Shown here in pieces: positions 23,480-34,950 of a stretch of 41,473 bases of DNA (positions are counted from its first letter, which is position 1; each line of letters starts with the position of its first letter). Source of the stretch: Octopus bimaculoides (lineage: Eukaryota); NCBI RefSeq assembly GCF_001194135.2, contig NC_069001.1, positions 11,727,490-11,768,962 of the forward strand, read 5' to 3'. The notes below the pieces were generated by a model that saw nothing but the letters and a program-made list of their open reading frames with translations, had not been told where the DNA came from and searched no databases. A program made the position numbers and the translations under genes.

Positions 23480-24560
23480 AGGATTATAAAATTAGCTCCA
23501 AAGAAAACTTACTAAATGTTAACGTAACTCTGAAAGACATTGTCGGTGATCTATAAGTTTGAAAATCGAACTGAACATGACATTTCCAAAACAATTATAA
23601 TTTATTTGAAAGACCACAAACCTAATTCTAATACTGATCCACAGGTTAGACTTATTTCTCCATCGAAATAAGATATTGGTAAGATCGGTAAATTTATTAT
23701 TGATAAACATATTCCTAAGCTTAAACAATGTATAGGTTATCATTACGGTCATATTCCTTGGAGGTTATTGATCGTCTCTGTTGTATTAATGATAAAACAC
23801 ATACTAAATTTATGCAGTTAAAAACATACTAAATTTATGCAGTTAAAAACATACTAAATTTATTTTTAACTATTACTCATCCATCAACTCTATCCTACTG
23901 AATAAAGCATTGACGTTCTCCATGAAGAATTCAGAATGATCAAAACACGAGGTTGATATAATACTAGCGGCTAGGAAAACCATAATTGAATTCGATGGGA
24001 TGTATTGGATTAGAAGTAGTGGTGGTGATTGTTTCGATATTACCATGGGTCCATTCAACCGGCCCAAGTAACCAATTTAGTTTGTATTTATATTCTTAAT
24101 TGCACTGGTAATAAATGTCCCGAATTTGGAGGTGGATTATATAGAAACAACGCAGTTGTCACTATATATCGATCTAATATAGTTAAATGAGAAAGGTCTA
24201 CAAAAAATCTATTTAAATTCATTAAACGTCCTGGTCTTTTTATCACAATAGAAAATGAGTTTACTAGGGTGAACATCCTTGATATTACTCTTGATTTAAG
24301 TAATGAGCTATGCCAATCTTATCATAAGCCTAATGAATGCCTAAGATATGTAAATAAAATTCTAATTATCCAAAGAATAAATTTCATCGTTAAAAATATA
24401 TCTTCTTGTATTTCGAGGCTTAGGACCAATGAGTATGTATATAAACAAAAGCAGAATGACTATAACGATGATTATTTGAAGCTGGATATACAGATAAAAT
24501 TAATTTTATTCGGAATCCTAATAATAAAACAAATCCAGAAAATGAATAAATAATAGAAAA
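23480..24560 (+). mobile_element. Penelope-like element reverse transcriptase remnant
   Basis: Ordered PLE RT motifs across frameshifts: LKDHKPN..DPQVRLISPSK (from 23606), YYSSI..ILLNKAL, CFDITMG (24030-24050), GGLYRNN (24131-24151, normally YRDD) and NILDITLDL...YHKPN..LRYVN. Confidence 0.85.
23799..23863 (+). repeat. 25-bp tandem repeat, 2.6 copies, inside the PLE RT
   Basis: acatactaaatttatgcagttaaaa at 23799 and 23824, with a partial copy at 23849. Confidence 0.9.
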
Positions 24561-24574
24561 ACTGAAAAATACCA

Positions 24575-24790
24575 GTAAAATTGAAAAGAATACAGTTTCC
24601 AATTAGACTAAGTTTTGCAATGTTCATCGACAAATCAGAAGTACGGACGTTATCATTAGCTGGTTTTCAATTCTTCTCTAATGCACAATTGTATGTTGGA
24701 TGCTCACGTGTTGGGAGTATAAAAAATCCTTCCGTTTATACTCCACTACGAAAATCTCATAATGCTGTGTGTAAAGGAGTTTTATCATAG
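24575..24790 (+). mobile_element. Helitron PIF1-type helicase C-terminal fragment
   Basis: KRIQFPIRLSFAMFIDKS...FSNAQLYVGCSRV...NAVCKGVL* matches the PIF1/Helitron 'R.QFP.RLAFAMTINKSQG...FSHGQLYVA.SRV...NVVY.EVL' tail. Confidence 0.85.
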
Positions 24791-24947
24791 TTTGCCTTTA
24801 TGCGTTTTCTATTTGAGGTATATTATTGTTGTTAATCTCACAGAATTTGTTATGCCAGTATGATTAGAGTCAGTAATCGCAATAATTATTAAGAAAAAAA
24901 AACATATATACATTGAATATATATATATATACATGTGTATATGTGTG

Positions 24948-24986
<39 letters not shown>

Positions 24987-25148
24987 GTGTGTGTGTGTGT
25001 GTGTATTTTCGATGCTTAAAATCGTCAACTAGAAAAATTCATTTAAAAAGGCGATTAACTAAACCAGTTCGGTCTGTGTTAATCGGATTTTAGAGAAAAA
25101 ATTGTTATAATTAGTGCAACTATTTGGAAAAATAAATCTATTTCTAAA

Positions 25149-25184
25149 TATATAGGTCACATGCACCTATATACCATATCTAGT
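25149..25184 (+). mobile_element. Candidate Helitron 3' terminus (hairpin + CTAG|T)
   Basis: 9-bp stem tatataggt (25149-25157)/acctatata (25165-25173), 6 nt, then CTAG (25180-25183) followed by T, about 390 bp downstream of the helicase stop. Confidence 0.5.
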
Positions 25185-25299
25185 ACATGATGCTACACAA
25201 TATATCTTGTGTATATCTATCTATCCACTTATATAACAATGTATGCATATATGTATGTATCCATGGATGTATGTATGTTATGTATGTATCTCTATATCT

Positions 25300-25305
25300 A
25301 TTTAA

Positions 25306-25376
<71 letters not shown>
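25300..25376. repeat. (TATC)n microsatellite
   Basis: Directly visible. Confidence 0.95.
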
Positions 25377-25377
<1 letters not shown>

Positions 25378-25672
25378 GTATCTACATATCTCTCTGTGTA
25401 TCTGTATGTATATAACTAGCAATCTGAATATCTGTTTCTCTATATATCTTCATATCTATCTATCTACCTGTCTATCTATTCTTCTATGCATGTATTAAAA
25501 TATCTATGTATCTATCCGTGGAAACATAAATATATCGTGATGAAGGAGAGAGGGAAATAAAGAGAGCATGAAACAGACAGAGATGGCGTGATGGAGAGAG
25601 ATAGGGTGAGGGTAGAATACGNNNNNNNNNNNNNNNNNNNNNNNNNNNNNNNNNNNNNNNNNNNNNNNNNNN

Positions 25673-26048
25673 ATCGGATTCTGCCGAGGCCGGCTTTGCC
25701 TTTCTGGGTTGATAACATTAGTACCATTTGAACACTGGGGGTCGATATAATCGACATTTACTATTACCATTATTATTGTTGACAGTTCGAAATTCCACCG
25801 AGGTCAACTTTATCTTTTATCATCTCGGTGTCGATGAATAAAGTACTAGTAAAACACCAGTGTCGATGTCCACTCACCACAACATTTCAGGCTTTCTCCC
25901 TTTAGTAGAAAGGATTATTATTATTGTTGCTTTTACTGTTATTGTTGTTTTTTCTGTTGTTATTGTTTTTGTTAAGGCGACGGGTTTCTATAATGCTCAG
26001 TGGCGTTCCGTCCGTCTTTGCATTCTGAGTTCAAATTTTGCCGGTTCC
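25673..26048 (-). mobile_element. Three short SINE family B fragments (25673-25760, 25785-25858, 25972-26048)
   Basis: Each carries the ttc(t/c)gccgaggtc(g/a)actttgcc / ttctgagttcaaatt motif of the family B tail in reverse orientation. Confidence 0.7.
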
Positions 26049-26176
26049 CAATTTGCTTTAAGACGGCGTACAATCAGAATTGTTAGCGATGTTAACCTTC
26101 CTGGAATTCGAACTCAAAATTAAAAATAAGAGAAAACAAATGCAGCTAAGTTCATTGCCCCAAGTAGTAACTACCC

Positions 26177-27244
26177 GGATCTTTTTTAAAACGGGGGCCA
26201 CATTTTTCATTAACAAAACACTTTGAAACTTGGAACACTGGTAGAATGTGTCATATAAAACATCTTTTTCTCTTAGTATTCTTAAAAAAAAAAAGAAATC
26301 CCTAAGTTATTCCATGTTAAAGTTGTCGTATTTCTGTAATTTCAACCAATCACTGACGTCCATTCAGCCGATATACATTAAGTGCCGAGTACATAAACAA
26401 ACGATTCTGAAACAATTCTATCGGTGATAGGGTTGGGGTTAGGGTTAGGGTTAAGGTAAAACAGCAAATTTAAAAAGAAAAAAGCAAATAAAACGAAGAA
26501 AATGAAAAAAGAAAATTTAAAATGAAAAAAGCAAATAAAACGAAGCTATGGCTTAATCAGCCAAAGGAGTAAATGTAAACAACTGGATACTTGTCAGTGA
26601 TTGGTTGAAATTATCGAAATAAGACAATTTTTTACATGAAATAAATTCGAATACAAAAATATTTGTCTGTTCTATAACACAAAATAGTTTGAAAGTCTTT
26701 CGGTANNNNNNNNNNAAAACGGGGGCCACATTTTTCATTAACAAAACACTTTGAAACTTGGAACACTGGTAGAATGTGTCATATAAAACATCTTTTTCTC
26801 TTAGTATTCTTAAAAAAAAAAAGAAATCCCTAAGTTATTCCATGTTAAAGTTGTCGTATTTCTGTAATTTCAACCAATCACTGACGTCCATTCAGCCGAT
26901 ATACATTAAGTGCCGAGTACATAAACAAACGATTCTGAAACAATTCTATCGGTGATAGGGTTGGGGTTAGGGTTAGGGTTAAGGTAAAACAGCAAATTTA
27001 AAAAGAAAAAAGCAAATAAAACGAAGCTATGGCTTAATCAGCCAAAGGAGTAAATGTAAACAACTGGATACTTGTCAGTGATTGGTTGAAATTATCGAAA
27101 TAAGACAATTTTTTACATGAAATAAATTCGAATACAAAAATATTTGTCTGTTCTATAACACAAAATAGTTTGAAAGTCTTTCGGTACCAAAAACACTACG
27201 TAAAACATTAATGAAAAATGTGGCCCCCGTTTTAAAAAAGATTC
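26177..27244. mobile_element. Foldback MITE (non-autonomous DNA transposon) with 37-bp TIRs and 8-bp TSD; body duplicated across a 10-N gap
   Basis: TIRs at 26177-26213 and 27208-27244 (1 mismatch). TSD AACTACCC at 26169-26176 and 27245-27252. Internal inverted repeat aatttcaaccaatcactgac/gtcagtgattggttgaaatt. Confidence 0.88.
26428..26456 (+). repeat. Telomere-like (TTAGGG)n tract inside the MITE (second copy 26956-26984)
   Basis: tagggttggggttagggttagggttaagg. Confidence 0.85.
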
Positions 27245-27574
27245 AACTACCCTGCTAGCTAACCGCCATTTAGGAGTCACACAATGGCGAAATATTATGG
27301 CATAATATAAGCATGATACTGGCAATAACAATATACATACATTAATAAATAGAGAATAAGAAATTAACTCAAGCTGTATAGAACAGTAAAATTTTCGTGT
27401 AGTGTTAGCGAATTTTATTATTATTTAATTAATAATGTGTCTTTATTGGTATTATTGATTCTACTCTAATAATAATAATGGAAAATTTCCTCAAATAATA
27501 AATCATTTTTTTATATCCGAATGTTCAACAGTAGCTCCGATGAATTATATTCATAGATGCTAGAATAAAGTTAT

Positions 27575-27715
27575 GGAGGCATGTGGCATAGTGTTTCGGG
27601 TATTCGACACGTGAACGTAAGGTTCAGGTCTCGGTTATTGAACCGGGCGACGCGTTGTGTTCTTGGGTAAAACTGTTTTCAATTCACGTTGCTCCAAACG
27701 ACTCAGAGAATCAAA
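27575..27715 (+). mobile_element. tRNA-derived SINE head (diverged)
   Basis: ggaggcatgtggcatagtg...ggttcaggtctcggtt...ccgggcgacgcgttgtg resembles the family C head (ggaagcgcaatggctcagtgg...ccgggcgttgtg). Confidence 0.6.
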
Positions 27716-27829
27716 GATGAGTAATCGTGTGATATCTTTTATTTGTTTTTTTAGACATTTTGATTGCGGCCATGCTGCAGCACCACATCGAAGTGGGGTA
27801 TATTAGTCTCCTTGTTTCTTTCTGTGTTC

Positions 27830-27865
27830 CTTCCTGTTGAAGAGTGTAGGCTCCAAACGTTAAAG
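27830..27865 (+). ncRNA. Degenerate hammerhead-like motif (CUGUUGA core, G12 lost)
   Basis: cttc CTGTTGA a gagt-gtag-gctc CAAA cg TT aaag; paralog of 36225-36260. It lies within a roughly 120-bp shared repeat (27808-27930 vs 36160-36282, opposite strands). Confidence 0.45.
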
Positions 27866-27968
27866 ACTTTCTCTATTCCCGAGCATTATACTAATACATC
27901 TATTTGTTGTTTACACCACCTGTCTTCGTCTGTTGTTTTTTCGTGAATTCTGCTATATATATACATAC

Positions 27969-27999
<31 letters not shown>

Positions 28000-28327
28000 A
28001 GTATATATGTATATATATATATATANNNNNNNNNNNNNNNNNNNNNNNNNNNNNNNNNNNNNNNNNNNNNNNNNNNNNNNNNNNNNNNNNNNNNNNNNNN
28101 NNNNNNNNNNNNNNNNNNNNNNNNNNNNNNNNNNNNNNNNNNNNNNNNNNNNNNNNNNNNNNNNNNNNNNNNNNNNNNNNNNNNNNNNNNNNNNNNNNNN
28201 NNNNNNNNNNNNNNNNNNNNNNNNNNNNNNNNNNNNNNNNNNNNNNNNNNNNNNNNNNNNNNNNNNNNNNNNNNNNNNNNNNNNNNNNNNNNNNNNNNNN
28301 NNNNNNNNNNNNNNNNNNNNNNNNNNN

Positions 28328-28383
<56 letters not shown>

Positions 28384-28874
28384 TGTATATATGTATGTAT
28401 GCATGTATATATATTTTACTTATTTATTTGCATACACACACATTCACGACACACAAATATACGAGTGAAAGATCAAAGAAACCAGGAAATCCCGCAACGA
28501 ATTTACACGAATGAAATATAACTGTAGACTAAACAGTTTTATCCCACTGGCTATTGTTATTGTTAATATCGTTCTCGATATCATTTTCTTTGTTGTTCCT
28601 GTTGCTGTCGTCGGTTCTTCGCCTCAGTTCTTTCATTTGAGTCCCCAAAATTCATATTCTCAACCTTTCCGTTGTTGCTACCACATCTGTCATGATTAAC
28701 TCTCACTACAACCCTTCAAACTAAAGTTAATGGTTCTGATGACATCACTGGAAGATATTTTTTATTCACTCGCTTGCTGGCGACGGATGCAAATAATTTA
28801 ATGTCAACCATTCAGAGCGTTTCATATGTATATATACATGTACATATTCTCGATTTATATAATTATATATATAT

Positions 28875-28904
28875 ACTACCAATGCATCCCGGCGTTGCTT
28901 GGGT
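28875..28904 (-). mobile_element. Helitron-type terminus-like motif
   Basis: actaccaatgcatcccggcgttgcttgggt: a GC hairpin (CCCGG-CGTTG-CTTGGG) about 8 nt from a CTAG-like (GTAG|T) end on the minus strand. Confidence 0.35.
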
Positions 28905-29029
28905 GGCATAACCTACGGTCCCATTGTATTAAATGTTCCTTCCTTATGGGCAGAATAGGCCCACGAGGAGTATGAATCAAACAATACTTCATAAACATGT
29001 TTTTCCGTCCTTTTCTTATGAACAACGCA

Positions 29030-29182
29030 GCAGTTTCCGTCAAACAAACTCAGTTAGAAGTCTGTGGTTACCGTAGGGCTATAATGGAAGACACTTGCCT
29101 AAGGTACCATGCAGAGGACTGAACCTGGAGCCATGTGGTTGGGAAGCAAACTTATCACTCACACAGTCATTCTTGCACCTAA
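29030..29182 (-). mobile_element. SINE family A 5' fragment
   Basis: gggctataatggaagacacttgcctaaggtaccatgcagaggactgaacctggagccatgtggttgggaagcaaac is the reverse complement of the family A head. Confidence 0.75.
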
Positions 29183-29629
29183 TATGTGTGCGTGTGTTTA
29201 TATTTGTTGTTAAATCGATTATTGTGCCCCACTATGTCTCAAATTAGAAGTTCATCAAGCTGTGATATATAAATGAAATGCCAGATTGAAATACCTACTC
29301 AGGACAGTGTGATCAATTAAATTTATGAAGGTGATACCCCACCAAGGTGACAAGTCGAAATAATGAACCCTGTAAAATATTGTTTAAAGATATTATTGAC
29401 TTCAAACTTAAAGTAATAGAATACCAGGGACAAGATGATGTGTTCCAAACTTCGTATTGGACGACCACTCTATACAATAACACTATATGTACATCACACT
29501 GTAGTTGACTTCAAATAATTAACAATTGTAATTTGAAATTGAATGGTTAGTTGTCTTCCTCGCCTTCACCAAAACCAACACCACCTTAAATATGACTCTC
29601 ACCTCAACGTCAATCCCCTGAATCCCCCT

Positions 29630-29804
29630 CTTCGCGTTCTTCTTCTTCTTCTTCTTCTTGACTGTCTTCTTATTTTTCCTTCTTACTACTTCACCCTCCT
29701 CATTCTCTTCCTCTGGTTCCGCCATATTGTCATCCAATTTCCTTTCCTTTTTCATCTTCCTTCTATTTCTTTCTTTCTTTCTTTCTTCTTCTTCTTCTTC
29801 TTCT

Positions 29805-29837
<33 letters not shown>

Positions 29838-30001
29838 CCCTCCTCTTCTCCTTGCTCCCCCTCCTCTTCCTCATTATTATTATCCCCCTCCTACAACTAC
29901 TACCACCATCAACACCACCACCACCACCACCACAACAACAAAAACAACAGCTGCCACCACCACCACCATCACAAACACCACCATCACCACCACCTCCGCC
30001 G

Positions 30002-30066
<65 letters not shown>

Positions 30067-30185
30067 GCGTCACCATTACCTTTTTTCCCTCCATTTTTTC
30101 TTCTTCCTCATCTTCCCATATCAATGCTTGAGCCTCACCTCTTCGCTGCATCACCACCATCACCTCCACCATCATCTCCACCATC
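29630..30185. repeat. Compound trinucleotide array (TTC)n-(CAC)n-(TAC)n-(CAT/CAC)n
   Basis: Directly visible; explains the homopolymeric ORFs at 29543 and 29658. Confidence 0.92.
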
Positions 30186-30799
30186 AGCACATCCCTATCA
30201 CCCTCACTTACTATGACAGAAACAAGTCTCACTTAATCGTTACAAGAAAATAATAATAATGTTTTCTAGCAAAACATTTTTAGGTGTTAGTCTTCATATT
30301 CACATTCAAAAACGAATTCATTGAAGCAGACGACTGATTATTAGTTACCGCATTGTCACAGTAACCACGTCTGGCAGCCATTACTGCCTCACAACATACA
30401 ATTTCTCTTCAAACATCAACAGTTTTGCATCGTTGAACAATTTCCTTTGTCCAGTCATTTGATGACAACGGGGAGAAATAACAATATCCTTGCTATATCG
30501 GGATATTTGTCGGAGATGAAGAGTGTTACAGAGAGATACAGTGAGGTCTTTTTTTCCCATCCTCTTTGTCTGTTTGTTTGCACAATAAATATTCCATCTA
30601 CCAATGCATATATATGTATATATATATATATATATAAATACATATGCATGTATGTATATAGTACGTATACATATGCATACACTCACGTGTGCGTGCGTAT
30701 TTGTGTGTATGTGTATGGGTGTGTATGTGTGTATTTGCTTTTATGTATGTGTGAGTGTATGTTTGTGTGTCTATGTGTCTCGGTGCGTGTGTGTATGTC

Positions 30800-31005
30800 A
30801 ACGTGGTAAGTTGGCAGATTCGTTAACACACAGGGCAATATAGCATCATTTCCTTCTGAGTTCAAACTGCGCCTTTGTCGACTTTGCCTTCCATGCTTTC
30901 GTGGTGGATGAATTAGGTAGGAGATAAGTCCTAGGGTCCACTTAATCGACTTAGCACCCATCCCCGCAAAAAAAAAATTCAAGCGTGTGCCCAGTGTAGA
31001 AAAGA
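30800..31005 (-). mobile_element. Diverged SINE family B fragment
   Basis: ttggcagattcgttaacac...ttctgagttcaaact...gtcgactttgccttccat. Confidence 0.6.
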
Positions 31006-31198
31006 TGAATCTGTATTTCTTTCGCGGACAACTCCCCGCTGGGAGGGAAAAATATACGTGTTTGCTGGTTTAACGAATAAGTCACTGAAAGTTCAAAAGA
31101 ACGTGTGTCCTAAATCTAAGTCATGGGCTGAAACGGTATCAGAACTTAATGAGGGGAGCACTTTGCATCTGTGTATGCATGTAAGTAGGTGTGCAAAT

Positions 31199-31434
31199 CG
31201 ACCCCAGGGCTTATTCTTTGAAAGCCTAGTACTTATTCTATCGGTCTTTTTTTTTTACCGAACCTCTAAATTAGCGGGACGTAATCACACCAGCATCTGT
31301 TGGCAAGCGATGTTGGTGGGTGGACAAACAGATACACAAACATACACACGCACACATAAAAATATATATACATATATATACGACGGGCTTCTTTCAGTTT
31401 CCGTCTACCAAATCCACTCACAAGGCTTTGGTCG
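31199..31434 (-). mobile_element. SINE family A internal fragment
   Basis: agtacttattctatcggtc...cgacgggcttctttcagtttccgtctaccaaatccactcacaaggctttggtcg. Confidence 0.88.
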
Positions 31435-32884
31435 TTGACACTGGCTTATAGTTATTGTTCGATCCCCATATACTGCATTAATATTCTTTCCATTGCGTTG
31501 TTGCCTTTATTGAACTCATAAAGCAAAATATGCCGAATATGCTCCCTTGTCACTTCCATTATATCTTTGAAAAAATAACATAAATTCGAACTGCACTCTT
31601 CAAAACTTGCACTAAGAATAAGGAAAAAAATTACTAACAGGATTACAGCAAGTTGATGCAGGTAGTTTAACCCGTACCCCTCCGACTTTTACTTCGTGCA
31701 ATTGAAAAGTCTGCATTACTTATGGGTTGACCCAATACATACATACATACATACATACATACATACGTGCGTGCGGATATGCACAATTAGTCATATGTAC
31801 AGATATTCATGAATGTATATATGTGCTTCCGTGTGTATGTGGGTGTATGTGTGTGTGCGTGTCACTGGGGTGGGGTATCTTTCTGCATGTATCTATGCAC
31901 ATATGAAGATCAACAAGGAATATAACACATCTGTAAATAAAAAAAAAATGAGATATAAGAAAGATAAATAACTGCAGCTTTCCGAATGTGCTTCCTCGTC
32001 ATACCGTTGTAAGTGCAATGAACCCAGGCTGACTTGGAGCGAACCTGTCACTCACCACACTATACATCACAAATTCACATCCAAAATATTTACAAAATGA
32101 ACAAAGCAAACAAAATGAAAAAATATATATGTACAAATGAAGTAAATCATAGACACGGAGTACGGAAAGCGGACATGCCGCGGTATTGTTTACACTAAAG
32201 TTAATCATAATACCTTGTCAGGTTGTCAGAAAGCTATGCGTATTATAAATCATTGTATTGTCGTATAATATTATCAGATTTATGTCAGAGATATGAGAGT
32301 TTGCAGTTGTCAGTTACAGTCTATTTATAGTTTTGTATTAAATTTTATTATAGTGTGGTATTATATTGTTGTACTTTGTATTATATTCTTTATTATATTT
32401 TTCTCTTATATACACTGCTATATCTTGGGTTGTGACAGCTTGCATTGTGAAATTATGTATCATGCTATCATTTGTACATCTTCACTCGCAGTAATAACAA
32501 CTTTTTCAAAAATCCAATTAATTTTAGAGCTTTAACTGGTCAAGTGACTTTTTAGAAATGGTAGCTATATTTTCCTAAAATCTTACCCCTATTGACTTTA
32601 AAAATAGAAGGGTATATTCAGCAATGCTGTCGTTGATATTACAAATACGTCGTATTTTTATGGTTGTTTAGTATGTTTATTAGCTGAATGGATAAGGAGT
32701 AAGCCAGGGGCTATATAAAAAGAAGCAATAATAACAGCAATATGAAGGTTTCCGATAACAATGGCATCAACATGAATACCGGCTCGACAACGCTAAAAGT
32801 TTCGTCATTATGAAAGTCTTAATGAAAAAAATCGTTTCGCCTTTTGACAATAGCCCAGATATTTCGTTGAGGCGCGGTGTGAGT

Positions 32885-33160
32885 CAGATACATCGACCCT
32901 GTATCAACTTGTACTTATGTTATCGACCCTGAAACGACGAAAAGCAAAGATGACCTCGAAGGAATGTGAACTCTGAACGTAAGGAGAGACAATATGCCGC
33001 TAAGGGGAACAGTCGATTAGATCAACTCCAACTGGTACTTATTTTATCGACCCCGAAAGGATGAAAGGAAAAATCGACCTCGGCGGAATACGAACTCAGA
33101 AAATAAAGACAGACAAAATACCGCCAGGTGTGCTAACGTTTCTGCCAGCTCGCTGCCTTA
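32885..33160 (+). mobile_element. Two head-to-tail SINE family B 3' fragments
   Basis: A diverged copy (about 32885-33004) is followed by a better copy (33017-33160: ggtacttattttatcgaccccgaaaggatgaaagg...cgacctcggcggaa...ctgccagctcgc). Confidence 0.8.
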
Positions 33161-33189
33161 TGTGTCTTTTTGATTGCAGTTGTCACCAC

Positions 33190-33366
33190 TCAACAAACGG
33201 TTCTGGTTTCCTTACGTCACCATGATAAAGCGGTTCGGCAAAGATGTCAACAGGATGTGTACCAGACTTAAAAGAAATATACTACTGGAGTCGTTTCGTT
33301 CAAATGAAATTCTTCAGGATAGAAACCCCAGCATATCTGTAGTCTAATGAAAAACACAAGTAAAAA
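33190..33366 (+). mobile_element. Diverged SINE family A 3' fragment
   Basis: ttacgtcacc...agcggttcggcaaa...gtaccagactta...ccagcat...acaagtaaaa. Confidence 0.6.
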
Positions 33367-33786
33367 ATGAACAACCATATCACCCACCCATGATCACTAC
33401 CTCCATCATTGCAACAGCAACGAAAAAAGCTGAAGCAAGTACTACAATACAAAAGTAACATGTATGTGACCGTGTGTCTTTATGTGTATGTGTGTATACA
33501 CACACAGACGCACAAACACACTCACAGACACACGCATATGTGTAATTTCAAACTTTTGAAAGTAGTTATTCTTTCATTCACTGAATTGTTGACAAATTCT
33601 CTCCTCTTTAGTGCTACTGCGATATAGGTCAAGTAATTCATAGCAATTGAGATGTCATCGAAATCTATCTGTCATGGATGATACATCGTTTTAATATATC
33701 GCTCCGAGATATCGCTGTAGACACGGGTTCAGCCAGGCTGCTTGTCATCTACACTACTATATATATATGTATATATGTATATGTAT

Positions 33787-33789
<3 letters not shown>

Positions 33790-33828
<39 letters not shown>

Positions 33829-33857
33829 GTCTCTCTCTGTCTCTCTCTCTCTCTCTG

Positions 33858-33915
<58 letters not shown>

Positions 33916-33916
33916 N
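33790..33916. repeat. (CT)n/(TA)n microsatellite
   Basis: Directly visible, abutting an N-gap. Confidence 0.95.
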
Positions 33917-34048
33917 NNNNNNNNNNNNNNNNNNNNNNNNNNNNNNNNNNNNNNNNNNNNNNNNNNNNNNNNNNNNNNNNNAATATAAATAATATATAAA
34001 TATATGTATATATACATAGATATATGTACATACTTACATCTAGATGTA

Positions 34049-34081
<33 letters not shown>

Positions 34082-34187
34082 GGGTACAGGGCATCAAGAA
34101 AACGGTAAACACAATGAGAAACGAAAACATAAAACGATAACATAGAAAATATTTTACTCATAATAATAAATAAAGGCAACAACTAAA

Positions 34188-34950
34188 TTCCCAGGAAGAA
34201 ACTACAGGCTAGAAGACAAGTTCCATCTTGGAAGATCTGTAGAGCTCGACGAGGACGCCCGGCAAAGCCTGTCGAAACAAAATCCCAAGATAACTGTATA
34301 TGAACTAGCAGAAAAACTTGGATTTGCTCATTCATCCATTCATCGAAACCTGCAGTTCCTCGGTCAAGTCAGCAAATTGGGTCAATGGTTTCTTCACAAA
34401 CGTTCCGAGTCTAATCGTGCGCAGAGAGTGAACGTGTGCTCAAATTTGCTGTCATGTCTCCCGAACGAAGCGTTTGTAGACCGAATAGTGACTGGTGATG
34501 AGAAAAGGGATCTCTTTGAAAATATCAAGCATCGAAGACCGGGGTAGTTAAAGTTCTTCATCCACGTAAGGTGTTGTTATCTGTTTGGTGGAATATGAAA
34601 GGTTTAGTCACCTTTGAACTTTTACACTCTAATCAAACGATAACAAAGGAGATCTACTGCGAGTGGCCTGAGTTATTTAAGTCAGCGCAAGAAGAAAAAC
34701 GACCATCTTTGGTTTCAAGACAAAAAGGTTTTCTTCCATTAGGATACTGCTCTGCTACATACAGCGGATATGACATTCCAAAGGCTGGAGCAGTTTGAAT
34801 GAGAAACGATGCCCCACCCACCATATTCGACGGACATTGCTCCATCTGATTATCATTTATTCCGCAAACTTCAGAAATCATTTGGACGGAAAAAAATATG
34901 AATTCTGTAGAAGAGGTCAGAACAGTACTGGATGAGTATTTTTCGTAACG
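34188..34950 (+). mobile_element. Mariner (DD34D) transposase pseudo-copy
   Basis: GRSVELDED...ELAEKLGFAHSSIHRNL, QWFLH (WVPHEL-like), IVTGDEK, LLSVWWN, H*D(34743)TALLHTA...HPPYSTDIAPSD(34848)YHLF. There are exactly 34 residues between the last two aspartates, with stops and frameshifts. Confidence 0.93.

Noticed and set aside
26428-26456. True telomere or chromosome-fusion scar
   Set aside because: Only 4-5 imperfect units, enclosed within MITE TIRs.
28732-28760. CTGATGA at 28736
   Set aside because: No downstream GAAA or stem III.
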